54,725 nt of DNA from Polyangiales bacterium (GTDB lineage: Bacteria; Myxococcota_A; Polyangia; Polyangiales; Polyangiaceae), in the NCBI GenBank assembly GCA_038230375.1, contig JBBRNJ010000062.1, positions 1 through 54,725 on the forward strand, written 5' to 3'. Below are positions 16,784 through 26,511 of this stretch, one piece after another (position 1 is the first letter of the stretch; each line of letters starts with the position of its first letter). The translations under genes were made by a program, and so were the position numbers. The notes under the pieces were generated by a model. That model had not been told where the DNA came from and ran no database searches. It saw only the letters and a program-made list of their open reading frames with translations.

Positions 16784-17989
16784 GTGACGGCGTCTTCCGC
16801 GTCTTCCCCCCCCTTCGTGATCGCGCATGCGTCCGATCTGCATGCGTCCGACTTCGGGGACACGTTCCACGACGTGCGCCACGCCGTGAAGCGCAGCGCC
16901 CGCGTGGCCGATACTGACCCCGCACGGTGGGAGGTCTACTGGCAAGAGTCCGGCTGGCGCGTGCTTCACAAGAAGGGCGCGCGGCGCGCGAAGATCCAGC
17001 TCGTGGATCCGGACGGTTATTCGCATCCGCTCCCCCCACGGAAGGACAACCTCACCGACCCCGTGGACCGCGCCGCTCAGTATGCCTGCCGCGTGGAGGC
17101 GCGCCGTGCTCGCTCCCTCTCCGGACTCTCGCAGGGCGCGCTGGACCGCCTGTCCGAGGGAACACCCAACAACGTGAACGTGCGCCTGATGCGCGCCGCG
17201 CGCGAGCTGCCGGACGACGTTGACCTGGTGGTCCTCACCGGCGACCTCACGGACGACGGCTTCGGCTACGAGGCGATCCGGGCCGCTTTCGAGCGCTTCA
17301 CTGGCCGCATCCTCGCCGTCCCTGGCAATCACGATCGCTATCTATTTCCCCTGCAGAGCTCGCTCCGACCGCGGCCCACCCACGAGGCGAAGGCGGAGCG
17401 CTGGAAGGAGTTCGCCGCAGGGCTCGGCATCGAGCTCGCGCCGTGTGGCGCATACATGAAGAGCTATCCGGAGCGGGGCGTCGCGATCATCGGGCTGGAC
17501 TCCTGCGCCCGTGGGCAGCGCCGCTTCTATCGTCACAATGGTGCGCTCGGTGAGCCGCAGCTCGCGTGGCTCCGCGAGACAGGGAAGAGCGCTGCGTGGA
17601 CCGGCGCGAAGCACAGGCTGGTGTTGTTGCACCATCACGTCGTGCCGCTGCCACTCGGCGTGGGCAAGAAGGCGCCCAGCGAGATCGGCATGCGCCTGGA
17701 TGACGGCAACGCCGCCGCAGAGGTCTTCGATCAGATCGGCGTGACTGCGGTCCTCCACGGGCACCGGCACGTCAGCGAGCAGCGCAGGCCGGCGGGGTCG
17801 CACTTCACGATCTTCGCCGCGCCTTCGTTCACGCTGGGATGCAAGAGCGGCGACGACCCGTCGTACTGGCGCATCGAGCTCGGCGATCGCATGGTCGCGG
17901 AGCGCGTCTACGTGGGCGCAAAGGCGGTCGTCGGCGAGGACGTGGACGCCGCGCTCGAGTCGGGGACGATGCTGGCAGACGACGGCTGA
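16784..17989 (+). CDS. calcineurin-like metallophosphoesterase with a large insertion
   Basis: SDLH, TGDLTD, PGNHD, LHHH and HGHRH motifs. Confidence 0.85.
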   Translation: MTASSASSPPFVIAHASDLHASDFGDTFHDVRHAVKRSARVADTDPARWEVYWQESGWRVLHKKGARRAKIQLVDPDGYSHPLPPRKDNLTDPVDRAAQYACRVEARRARSLSGLSQGALDRLSEGTPNNVNVRLMRAARELPDDVDLVVLTGDLTDDGFGYEAIRAAFERFTGRILAVPGNHDRYLFPLQSSLRPRPTHEAKAERWKEFAAGLGIELAPCGAYMKSYPERGVAIIGLDSCARGQRRFYRHNGALGEPQLAWLRETGKSAAWTGAKHRLVLLHHHVVPLPLGVGKKAPSEIGMRLDDGNAAAEVFDQIGVTAVLHGHRHVSEQRRPAGSHFTIFAAPSFTLGCKSGDDPSYWRIELGDRMVAERVYVGAKAVVGEDVDAALESGTMLADDG

Positions 17990-17998
17990 AGAGGTCGG

Positions 17999-18451
17999 TC
18001 AGCCGTCCGTCGCGGCATCGGAGGCCGCGTTGGCGTCGCCCGCCTCCGTGTCACCCGTGCTCGTATCAGGGACGACGGCAGGGATGAGGAAGCTGCACGC
18101 CGGATCGTTCTCGGGCGTCACGACCGTGGTGCATGGACCGTCGTTGATCGCCTTCACGCACGCGTTCACGTCCGTGGTGGAGGGGTTCGCGTTGGACGCG
18201 AGCCCGTGCTTGCAGGCGTCGTCGTAGAAGCGAATGCAGCTGTCGACCTCGCGGCCGTTGCGCGACATGGGCTGGTCCAGCGCAATCCCGCACCCAGGTG
18301 CGTTGCGGCAGCGCGCCTCCTCGATCGACTTGCAGGCGTCCACACCCGTGGCGCTGCTGGAGCACGCTGCGGCCGCACCAACGATGGCGCCGAACACGAG
18401 CATCGAGAGCCAGGCCGCGGCAGTCTTTCGTCCACCCATCCCCTTCGCCAT
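17999..18451 (-). CDS. Cys-rich lipoprotein
   Basis: Lipobox AAA-C, eight further Cys and an acidic D/A/G tail typical of myxobacterial lipoproteins. Confidence 0.75.
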   Translation of the reverse strand: MAKGMGGRKTAAAWLSMLVFGAIVGAAAACSSSATGVDACKSIEEARCRNAPGCGIALDQPMSRNGREVDSCIRFYDDACKHGLASNANPSTTDVNACVKAINDGPCTTVVTPENDPACSFLIPAVVPDTSTGDTEAGDANAASDAATDG

Positions 18452-18504
18452 ACACGGGTCTCTGCTCGCGGCGCAAATTCCTGACGAAACCAAGCGGTGT
18501 CTAC

Positions 18505-18533
18505 TTGACAGTGATGCTGTCTAGATTCATGAT
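18505..18533 (+). promoter_or_regulatory. sigma70-like promoter with overlapping operator palindrome
   Basis: TTGACA (18505)-N17-CATGAT; dyad GACAG-N5-CTGTC at 18507-18521. Confidence 0.65.
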
Positions 18534-18540
18534 GAACGAC

Positions 18541-18966
18541 ATGAGGGAGCTGCAGCTCAAACTGGAGGAGCTGGCGCAGAAGGCGGGGATCTCGCCGCGC
18601 ACCGTTCGGTACTACGTGCAGCGGGGCCTCGTGCCGCCGCCCACGTTTCGCGGGAAGGACTCATCCTACGGTGCGTCCCACCTCCTGCGGCTCAAGGTGA
18701 TCGGCGTACTGCAGGCCGCCTTCTATCCGCTCGAGAACATCAAGGGCCTCCTTGCCACGAAGGATGACCATGCCCTCGAGGCGCTCCTGAGATCACCGCC
18801 GGTGGCGCCCACGCAGCTCGCGGAGCCGGCGGTGGTTGACGCGGAGCCGCGATGGCGGAAGATCGTGCTCGCTCCTGGTGTGGAGCTCCTCGTTCGCGAG
18901 GGGGGAAATGAAGACGCGCGTGTGCGTCGCGTGCTGGCCATGTTCGAAGAGGAGGATGACTCGTGA
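18541..18966 (+). CDS. MerR-type HTH regulator
   Basis: LEELAQKAGISPRTVRYYVQRGLVPPP...YGASHLLRL; stop overlaps the next start (GTGA). Confidence 0.85.
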   Translation: MRELQLKLEELAQKAGISPRTVRYYVQRGLVPPPTFRGKDSSYGASHLLRLKVIGVLQAAFYPLENIKGLLATKDDHALEALLRSPPVAPTQLAEPAVVDAEPRWRKIVLAPGVELLVREGGNEDARVRRVLAMFEEEDDS

Positions 18967-21422
18967 TGGAAACTGGACTGCTCTCGACGACCAAGGAATC
19001 GATCCCGCTCACCGGCGTTGCCGTCACCGGCGACCTGTCATCCGGGCATGCGTGCGTGCGCGTGAAGCAGATGTACAAGAACACGGGCGCACGCCCCATC
19101 GAGGCCATCTACACGTTCCCACTCCCCACAGAGGCGGTGCTCTCCGGTTTCACCATGACCTGCGCTGGCCGCACGCAGACCGGTGTCGTCAAGGAGCGTG
19201 AAGAGGCGTTCCGCGCCTACGACGACGCGCTCGTCGCGGGTCATGGCGCTGCGCTGGTGGAAGAGGAGCGCCCCAACATCTTCACCGCGAGCGTGGGCAA
19301 CGTGCTCCCCGGCGAGGACGTGGAGATCGAGCTCGAGTACATCGAGCGCCTGTTCGCGGAGGAGGGCGCCGTTCGCTTCACGCTGCCCACGCTGGTCGCG
19401 CCCCGCTACATCCCGGGCAACGCCGCGGGCAACCGCACGGCGCACGGCACTGCAGACCCCACCACACGGGTGCCAGACGCCGATCGCATCTCGCCGCCAA
19501 CCGCAAGCGATGTCCCGTATCGCATGTCGCTCACGCTCGCGATCGACGTGGGCAAGGGCGTAACCGTGGAGAGCCCATCACACGTCATCAAGAGCCGCGC
19601 CGAGCCGGGCAAGGACGGAGGCAAGCACGAGAAGACCATCGTCACGTTCGAGAGCGAGCCCCTGGACCGCGATTTCGTGCTGCTCGTGTCCGGCGCGGCG
19701 TCGGGTGACTCCGTGACGGTCGCTGCGCACAAGCGCCCCGGCGAGGGGCAGGGCTACGTCGCGCTCACCGTGGTCCCCGATCTCTTCGACGTGAAGGACA
19801 AGTCACAGCCGCTGTCATGCGTGTTCCTGCTCGACCGATCCGGCTCGATGGGCGGCGCGTCGATGACACAGGCCCGCACGGCGCTCCGCCTCTGCCTGCG
19901 GCAGCTCAAGGAAGGCGACCTCTTCAACATCATCGCCTTCGACGACATGATGGAGACGATGAGCGTGTCGCCCGTGCGCTTCACTGGCCGCACGCTCGCC
20001 GAAGCGGACGCATTCCTCGAGCGCATCGACGCGCGCGGTGGCACGGAGCTCCTTGGGCCGCTGCTCCACGCGGTGGGCATGACCAAGGACGGGCTCGTGG
20101 TGCTGCTCACCGACGGACAGGTCGGCAACGAGGACGAGATTTTCACGCGCGTGATGGAGGCGCGGAAGGCCACGCGCATCTCTTCGTTCGGCATCGGTAC
20201 GAACGTGAGCACTGCGCTCCTTGGAAACCTGGCGAAGTCGACCAACGGCGCGCTGGACATGATCTATCCGGGCGAGCGCATCGACGAGAAGGTCGCGCTC
20301 GCGTTCGCACGGGCCACCGCCGCGCGCATCACGGACGTGTCCGTCACGTTCGAGGGCGTGTTCCTGGGCGACATCGCGCCGAACCCGCCGCGCGATCTGA
20401 CCGACGGCGAGCCATGGACTCTCTTTGGCACCTTCGACGAGCCCGGCGTGGGCCGCGCCATCATCCGCGGCAAGCGCGCAGGCGAGGCGTTCGCGCTGGA
20501 GGTCCCGCTCTGGCTCCCCGAGGACGCGAACGATCCGTTCGTGGAGCGCCTCTGGGCGAAGGAGCGCATCAAGGAGCTCGAGCGCGCCGACCTCACCGGC
20601 CGACGCGCCGACGCGATGAAGGCTCGCATCGTGGAGCTGTGTGTGAAGCATCGCATCGCCAGCAAATTTGCCTCGTTCATCGTCATCGAGAAGCGCAAGG
20701 GCGAGCGACGCACCAGCGAGCAAGCGGAGACGCAGGTGGTCCCCGTCAATCTCCCCGCTGGGTGGAGCATGCTCCAGCCGAGCGCGGGAAAGATGCGTCA
20801 CGCGGTCATGAGCAAGGCCTTGGTCGGCGGGGTGCGCCCTGCGATGCCGCCGTCGTTCTCCCCGCCCATGGCCCAGGGTCGAGGCGGTCCCACTGCGCCG
20901 CCGGGGCGTTCGGCGCCACGCCCCGCGATGGGAATGCCCGCGCCTGCACCGGCAGGCGCACGGCCGCCCGCGGTCGTGCTGCGAAGCCCGTCGTACGATG
21001 ACGCCGGCGCTGACGAATCGATCCGCACGCTTTCAAGGTCGGAGGCGCCGGTCGCGCGTGGGAAGGGCTCCTCAGGGACCTTCGAGACCCAGGGGGCCAG
21101 CGGCCTCTGGGGCGACGAGCAAGATCTGGAGTCAGCATGCGCCGAGACAGTGAAGACGCTCTCTGCGCTCTTCGCGGAAGGAATGGACGCCAGTCATTCC
21201 GTGTATGGTGCACAGATCCGAAAGGCCATCGACGCCCTCGTGAAGTACGCGCCAGGCCTCCAGGACGGCGCGCTCCGCGTGCGCCTGCTGGTCCTGTGCT
21301 GGCTCATGTCCGGCCGCAGGACGCGCGCGCACGTGGCCGAAGAGGCGAGCACCACGCAAGCGGCTCCGCACGTGCTCACCGAGGATGCGGCGCGCGCTTT
21401 CTTGGCAGCGCGCCCCATCTGA
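18963..21422 (+). CDS. VIT plus vWA domain protein
   Basis: N-terminal VIT (IEAIYTFPLP, FTASVGN); MIDAS DRSGSM, GGTE and LLTDG; Pro-rich linker; helical C-terminus. Confidence 0.9.
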   Translation: MMETGLLSTTKESIPLTGVAVTGDLSSGHACVRVKQMYKNTGARPIEAIYTFPLPTEAVLSGFTMTCAGRTQTGVVKEREEAFRAYDDALVAGHGAALVEEERPNIFTASVGNVLPGEDVEIELEYIERLFAEEGAVRFTLPTLVAPRYIPGNAAGNRTAHGTADPTTRVPDADRISPPTASDVPYRMSLTLAIDVGKGVTVESPSHVIKSRAEPGKDGGKHEKTIVTFESEPLDRDFVLLVSGAASGDSVTVAAHKRPGEGQGYVALTVVPDLFDVKDKSQPLSCVFLLDRSGSMGGASMTQARTALRLCLRQLKEGDLFNIIAFDDMMETMSVSPVRFTGRTLAEADAFLERIDARGGTELLGPLLHAVGMTKDGLVVLLTDGQVGNEDEIFTRVMEARKATRISSFGIGTNVSTALLGNLAKSTNGALDMIYPGERIDEKVALAFARATAARITDVSVTFEGVFLGDIAPNPPRDLTDGEPWTLFGTFDEPGVGRAIIRGKRAGEAFALEVPLWLPEDANDPFVERLWAKERIKELERADLTGRRADAMKARIVELCVKHRIASKFASFIVIEKRKGERRTSEQAETQVVPVNLPAGWSMLQPSAGKMRHAVMSKALVGGVRPAMPPSFSPPMAQGRGGPTAPPGRSAPRPAMGMPAPAPAGARPPAVVLRSPSYDDAGADESIRTLSRSEAPVARGKGSSGTFETQGASGLWGDEQDLESACAETVKTLSALFAEGMDASHSVYGAQIRKAIDALVKYAPGLQDGALRVRLLVLCWLMSGRRTRAHVAEEASTTQAAPHVLTEDAARAFLAARPI

Positions 21423-21439
21423 GGGATGCTGGCCCAGTC

Positions 21440-22336
21440 ATGAGCGTCATGAGCGCGCCGGCGAACCTGGGCTGCCTGATCCTGGCCGCGGGCCTGGGGA
21501 CGCGGCTGCGGCCGCTCACGGATCATGTGGCGAAGCCGCTCGTCCCCCTGGGCGATTCGACGCCGCTCGCGCTCGCCGTGCGTGCGGTGAGGGCAGGGGG
21601 CGCCACGACGATCGTCGCGAACGCGCACTACCAGGCAGAGGCGGTGGCGCGTGCGTGCACCCAGCTTCACATCGGCTGCTCCGTGGAGAACGAGCTGCTC
21701 GGCACCGCAGGCGGTCTGCAGAAGGCGCGCACGGAGCTGGGCGACCGCGACGTGCTCGTCTGGAATGCCGACGTGTACGCGCCGACCGTGGACATGACTG
21801 CGTTCCTCGCAGGGCGTCGCGGGAGGGCCACGCTGCTGGTGCGTGAGCTCCTGGGCACGGACGACGCTGCACAGGTACGCGGCAACGTGGGCTGGGACGA
21901 CACGGGTCGGGTGGTCCGCATGCGCAAGCAGACCGCGCGCAACGGAGAGACGCACGCGGGCGAGTTCCTGGGCATCCACATGGTGGGCGGAGACCTGGAG
22001 CTGGTTCCCGTGGGCTGCCTGGTGGGCGACGTCTACCTGCCCGCGCTGGGAAACGGCGCCGACATATATGTAGTCTGCACGGATGCTGCCGCCCACGACA
22101 TCGGCACCAAACGCGCGTATCTGGAAGCCAACCTGGCGTGGCTCGCCACCACGGGCAAGGAATTCTTCGTCGGAGAAGGCGCGCGCATTTCGGCCAACGT
22201 CACCCAGAGCATCATCGGCGCAGACGCCGAGATCGCCGCGCCGGTCACCCGCTCGGTCGTGTGGCCCGGCACGCGAGTGACTGAGCCCCTCATCGACGCG
22301 ATCGCGACCCCCTTCGGCGTCTTCGCGGCCAGCTGA
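21440..22336 (+). CDS. sugar-phosphate nucleotidyltransferase (MurU/mannose-1-P guanylyltransferase-like)
   Basis: LAAGLGTRLRPLT...KPL, ELLGTAGG, NAD and DIGT motifs. Confidence 0.85.
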   Translation: MSVMSAPANLGCLILAAGLGTRLRPLTDHVAKPLVPLGDSTPLALAVRAVRAGGATTIVANAHYQAEAVARACTQLHIGCSVENELLGTAGGLQKARTELGDRDVLVWNADVYAPTVDMTAFLAGRRGRATLLVRELLGTDDAAQVRGNVGWDDTGRVVRMRKQTARNGETHAGEFLGIHMVGGDLELVPVGCLVGDVYLPALGNGADIYVVCTDAAAHDIGTKRAYLEANLAWLATTGKEFFVGEGARISANVTQSIIGADAEIAAPVTRSVVWPGTRVTEPLIDAIATPFGVFAAS

Positions 22337-22345
22337 GAACCGCTT

Positions 22346-23623
22346 CTACGGAAGGTAGCTTTCGGCTTGCAGCGCACCGCCGAAGACACCGATCGCGCCG
22401 TTGGGCATCGCGACGCCACGGGCTCGCTTGCGTGCCACCTTGAGCGGAACGTCGGTCGCGGTCTTCTCCGTGACGCGGAACACGTGCGTGTCGCCCTGTG
22501 CATCCCACCCCACGGTGAGGATGTCCGTGGTGAGTCCAGGAAGCGGGAAGTAGTCTGCGTGCACGAACATCACGGATGGCTCCGTCCACGGCACCGCTTT
22601 GCACGCGGACACGCACGTCAGATCGTAGAGCGCGGGCGCGGCGCCAGCGATCACGTGTCCTCCGTCAATCGCCGCAGCAGACAGCACCGGATCCTTGATC
22701 GGCCCGTATGCGAGCGCCGCGGCGCTGGTGCCGCCCGCGCCCAGGATCTCGACGCCGGGCGCCGTGGAGCTTCCGCCGATCACGACAACGCCGCGACCTT
22801 CCACCCACACTGCGGCTGCGCCTACGCGCGGCGCGGAGAGGCTCACGAAGCTCAACGTCCCGTCCGTGGCCACCTTGAGGACGCGTGACGTGGAATCACC
22901 CGTGGGCCGCGTGGCACCGATGACGTAGGCCGTGCCGTCGTTCGCGTACACGGTGTCGCCCCCGAGGATCTCGGAGAGGGCTCCGCCCGTGGGCGGCGTG
23001 ACGATGGTGGAGGTGGAGCCCGACAGATCGTACGAGGTGGCGCCGGCGTCGTCGACGACGAGGGCCCGCGTGCCGGACACCGCCAGAGTCTTCGGCACGC
23101 GCGGCAGGTTCGGCGGCGTGCCGAGCGCGCCCCAGACGAGGACGTCGTAGAGCGTGGTGTCCGCAGTGCCGCCGGCGATCATCACATAGCGCCCCGTGAC
23201 CACGGTGGTGAGCGGGGCCTCACGCGCGTCCACGTCGCCGGGGATGCGCGCGAGCTCACCCGTGCGCTGCACGAAGAGATCGAACGTGGCGTCCGCGATG
23301 GCGCCGAACGTGAAGGGCAGCGACCTGCCACGCACCCGCACGACCCCGGCTGCGTCGGCGGCGGAGAGATCCACATAGCCCTCCGCGCTCTGGTCAACGT
23401 CCGCGAGCTTGATCGAGTCCGCGATCCCGCCGGTGAAGAGCCCCTTCCGCCCGCCTGACGAGTCCACCAGGTCGATGGTGAGCGTGGTGGGCGCTGGATC
23501 ACGCGTGAACACGCCGGTCTCGCCACCAAGGTCGAGCTGGATGGTCCCGGTGGGCGTCGTGCTGCAGCCCGCCGCGAGGCCGACGAGCACCGTGAATGCC
23601 ATTCTTCGCACGGGCGTTTTCAT
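22346..23623 (-). CDS. lipoprotein with Kelch-like beta-propeller repeats
   Basis: Lipobox LAAG-C; repeated VMIAGG, YVIGA, VVIGG and VFGG units. Confidence 0.7.
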   Translation of the reverse strand: MKTPVRRMAFTVLVGLAAGCSTTPTGTIQLDLGGETGVFTRDPAPTTLTIDLVDSSGGRKGLFTGGIADSIKLADVDQSAEGYVDLSAADAAGVVRVRGRSLPFTFGAIADATFDLFVQRTGELARIPGDVDAREAPLTTVVTGRYVMIAGGTADTTLYDVLVWGALGTPPNLPRVPKTLAVSGTRALVVDDAGATSYDLSGSTSTIVTPPTGGALSEILGGDTVYANDGTAYVIGATRPTGDSTSRVLKVATDGTLSFVSLSAPRVGAAAVWVEGRGVVVIGGSSTAPGVEILGAGGTSAAALAYGPIKDPVLSAAAIDGGHVIAGAAPALYDLTCVSACKAVPWTEPSVMFVHADYFPLPGLTTDILTVGWDAQGDTHVFRVTEKTATDVPLKVARKRARGVAMPNGAIGVFGGALQAESYLP

Positions 23624-23667
23624 ACCACTCTTTGTGTTTGAGAGGCCCTGTCCTAGATCACCACGTC

Positions 23668-24984
23668 GTGAGGGTAGAGCTTCCCCGGGACGTACCAGCC
23701 GACCCGTTCACGCTGGCGTGTGCGCTCGCGCCCCGGGGCGGTCTCTCGATGCTCGTCTCGGGTGGGGCGCCCACGTGGCCGATCGATCCGCAGGTGACAT
23801 ACCTTGCCGTCTCGCCGCGAGAGGTGTCTCACGCGCTGGTTCCGACGGATGTGGAAGCGCTTCACGAAGAGGCGCGCGACGACGGGCCCTCGAGCCCGCG
23901 ATGGATCGGCGTGGTGCCGTACGAGCACCTGCGCTCCCTCGAGCGCGCGTCGTGGTCCACGCCGGAGTCGCGCGCGCAGCCGACTCTCACGCGACCCACC
24001 TGGCTCCGCTACGACGCCGTGGTCCGCGTCGTCGGGGGTTGCGTGGACATCGTCGCCGACTCTGAGGCGTGCGCGCTCGAGCTCCGCGATGCGCTCGTGC
24101 GCGGTCTTCGCGACGTCCCGCCCGCGCAACCGTTCTTGCTCTCGCGCATTCACGACGCGGAGGAGGCGCGCGAGAAGGCTGCGCACGCAGAGCGGGTGCG
24201 CGCGGCGCTGGGGAAGATCGCGGACGGTGACATCTACCAGGTGAACCTTGCGCGTCGCCTGCGCTATTCGCTCACGGGCGATGCGCTCTCTGCGTTCGCG
24301 TCGTGGATGCAACGTGCGCCCGCACCGTTCGGATTCTTCGGGACCTTCGACGACGTGACCGTGCTTGGCGCGAGCCCGGAGCTGGCGCTCGCAGTGCAGG
24401 GGCAAGAGCTCTTCACCTGTCCCATCAAGGGCACGCGTCCAAGAGCCGAGGACGCCGCGGCCGATCGCGCGCTCGAAGCGGAGCTGTCCTCCAGCGAAAA
24501 AGAGCGCGCCGAGCTCACGATGGCCATCGACCTTCACCGAAATGATCTCGGTCGCGTCGCGACGTTCGGCTCCGTGCGGGTGCTCGGAGAGCCGGTGATC
24601 ATCCGCGGCGCGCGCGTCATGAGCCGCGTCGCGTGCGTGACGGCCCTGCGCGCGGAGGGGAAGAGCCTGACGGACTGCGTGACGGCATGCCTGCCATGCG
24701 GCAGCGTCACCGGTGCGCCCAAGGTCCGTGCAATGGAGATCATCCGCGAGCTCGAGCCCGACCGCCGTGGGCTCTATACGGGCGCGTACGGCATGATTGG
24801 AAGAGACGGCTCACTCACGCTGGCGATGGCCATCCGCACCGCGACCGTACAGGCCGTCGAAGACGTCCGCGGCGCACGAAGCGTCGAGTACTTCTCTGGC
24901 GGGGGGATCGTCGCGGGCAGCCAGCCGCACGCGGAGGTGCTCGAGACCGAGTGGAAGGCGCTCGAAAACTTGGCCCCTGACTAG
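23668..24984 (+). CDS. pabB: chorismate-binding enzyme (PabB/anthranilate synthase component I family)
   Basis: GDIYQVNL, ASPEL, PIKGTRPR, KERAEL, RNDLGRV, GSVTGAPK, RGLYTG and GGGIV motifs. Confidence 0.8.
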   Translation: MRVELPRDVPADPFTLACALAPRGGLSMLVSGGAPTWPIDPQVTYLAVSPREVSHALVPTDVEALHEEARDDGPSSPRWIGVVPYEHLRSLERASWSTPESRAQPTLTRPTWLRYDAVVRVVGGCVDIVADSEACALELRDALVRGLRDVPPAQPFLLSRIHDAEEAREKAAHAERVRAALGKIADGDIYQVNLARRLRYSLTGDALSAFASWMQRAPAPFGFFGTFDDVTVLGASPELALAVQGQELFTCPIKGTRPRAEDAAADRALEAELSSSEKERAELTMAIDLHRNDLGRVATFGSVRVLGEPVIIRGARVMSRVACVTALRAEGKSLTDCVTACLPCGSVTGAPKVRAMEIIRELEPDRRGLYTGAYGMIGRDGSLTLAMAIRTATVQAVEDVRGARSVEYFSGGGIVAGSQPHAEVLETEWKALENLAPD

Positions 24985-25041
24985 AGAGCGCGTTACGCCC
25001 AGTGTGTACCGATAACAGTGCGCCCACTGGGAGAAACGTAG

Positions 25042-25947
25042 ATGGAAGGGTCCGTCCGCAACCTCGAACAGATTCAGGAGAACGACGCCGACGGGCGCAT
25101 GCCGAAGAGCGCGAAGGTGATCATCGTCTCGCTCGGCATCGCGTGCATCGGCTTCGCTGTCGTGGCCCTCACCGGCAAGAAGGGCGCGGGCGAGACGAAG
25201 CGTGTGGATCCACTCGGTGAGCTCGCGGACAAGAGCGGCGGCGCCAAGGCGTCCGCTGCATCGCCGATGAAGCGCGCCACGGACCTCTCGCCCAGCGACG
25301 TCACGTTCCCGGGGCTCCTCTCCGACGATGGCCATCCCACGACCGCGCTCGCGGCCGTGAAGGGCAACTCCAATATTCCGACGCCGGACAAGACTGCCCG
25401 CGTGATGGTCGACACGCCCGCGTCGTCGCCGGCCTCCACACCTGCGCAGGGGTTGCCTGGGATCTCAGGTGCGCCCGACGTGAAGATCACCGCCGACAAC
25501 GCGCCTCCGCCCGCGACCGACAGGCTGCCGGTGGTGCCGCTACCCGCACAGACCGTCCTCGAGGCGACGCCAATCATCACGCGCCCGCGTGACAACCTCA
25601 CGAAGGCGGCCACCCAGATCGCCGACTCCGCGAACGACCATGCGACGCTCGCGCCCAGCGGCCGCGAGGGTGGCTACCAGCTCCAGGTGAGCTCGTTCCG
25701 CACGCAGACCGAGGCCGATCAGTTCGCGACGCAGCTGCGCGCGCGCACCCACAAGGCGTACGTGCAGGAAGCGCACGTGCCGGGTCGTGGGACCTGGTTC
25801 CGCGTCCGCATTGGTCCGTTCCCCACCCAGCATGCCGCGGCCGCGTATCGCTCCGGCTTCGAGGGACGCGAGCACGTCGTACCGTTCATCGTTCCGCCGT
25901 CCACGAAGGACAAGGACACCAAGGAGCCGGCGCACGGCGATCGTTGA
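25042..25947 (+). CDS. SPOR-domain cell-division protein (FtsN/DedD-like)
   Basis: N-terminal TM, Pro-rich linker, C-terminal YQLQVSSF...WFRVRIGPF. Confidence 0.88.
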   Translation: MEGSVRNLEQIQENDADGRMPKSAKVIIVSLGIACIGFAVVALTGKKGAGETKRVDPLGELADKSGGAKASAASPMKRATDLSPSDVTFPGLLSDDGHPTTALAAVKGNSNIPTPDKTARVMVDTPASSPASTPAQGLPGISGAPDVKITADNAPPPATDRLPVVPLPAQTVLEATPIITRPRDNLTKAATQIADSANDHATLAPSGREGGYQLQVSSFRTQTEADQFATQLRARTHKAYVQEAHVPGRGTWFRVRIGPFPTQHAAAAYRSGFEGREHVVPFIVPPSTKDKDTKEPAHGDR

Positions 25948-26081
25948 GTCGCGGCGCCTCGCACAAAGGTGCGACCTCCCGACCTCCACGAGCGGAGGCG
26001 AGCTGACGCGCCCTGACGCGAGCGTCGCTTTTGTGACGCCTTGCGCTTGAACGCACACGGTGCGCATGTGACAGTCGGCGC

Positions 26082-26348
26082 GTGGACTCCATTCCTGTCC
26101 CGCTATGGTCGGTCGGCGTGCTGCTCATCATTGTCGGGCCGTTTGCCGTGCAGCGTCTTGTCGACTTGTGGGCAGGCGTGGTGGAGCGGCGGACGGACGA
26201 AGCACTTTCCGCAATGACCGCGCGTACCAAGGGTACCAGCGTGAATGTTCACGATGGAGATGACGACCCAGCCGTGACGCGCCAAGACACGAGCGGAACG
26301 AGCGAGCCGCGGGACTCCAGCAGTGGAGACCGCGACGACGACGCGTAG
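26082..26348 (+). CDS. small single-TM hypothetical protein
   Basis: Hydrophobic LWSVGVLLIIVGPFAV segment and acidic tail; weaker codon bias than neighbours. Confidence 0.45.
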   Translation: MDSIPVPLWSVGVLLIIVGPFAVQRLVDLWAGVVERRTDEALSAMTARTKGTSVNVHDGDDDPAVTRQDTSGTSEPRDSSSGDRDDDA

Positions 26349-26511
26349 CGCCGCGCATCGATCCAGTTGACCAAGCGACCTCGCGGGCCCACCTTTGAAT
26401 AGGGAACGCAACGTGCAGTCAAAAGATCCACCACCGCGTGGTGAACTGTCGCACCAACTTGATCTACAAAGTGGCCGTTCCACGTTCTCGTCCGTAGAAG
26501 GTTAGAAAGCA

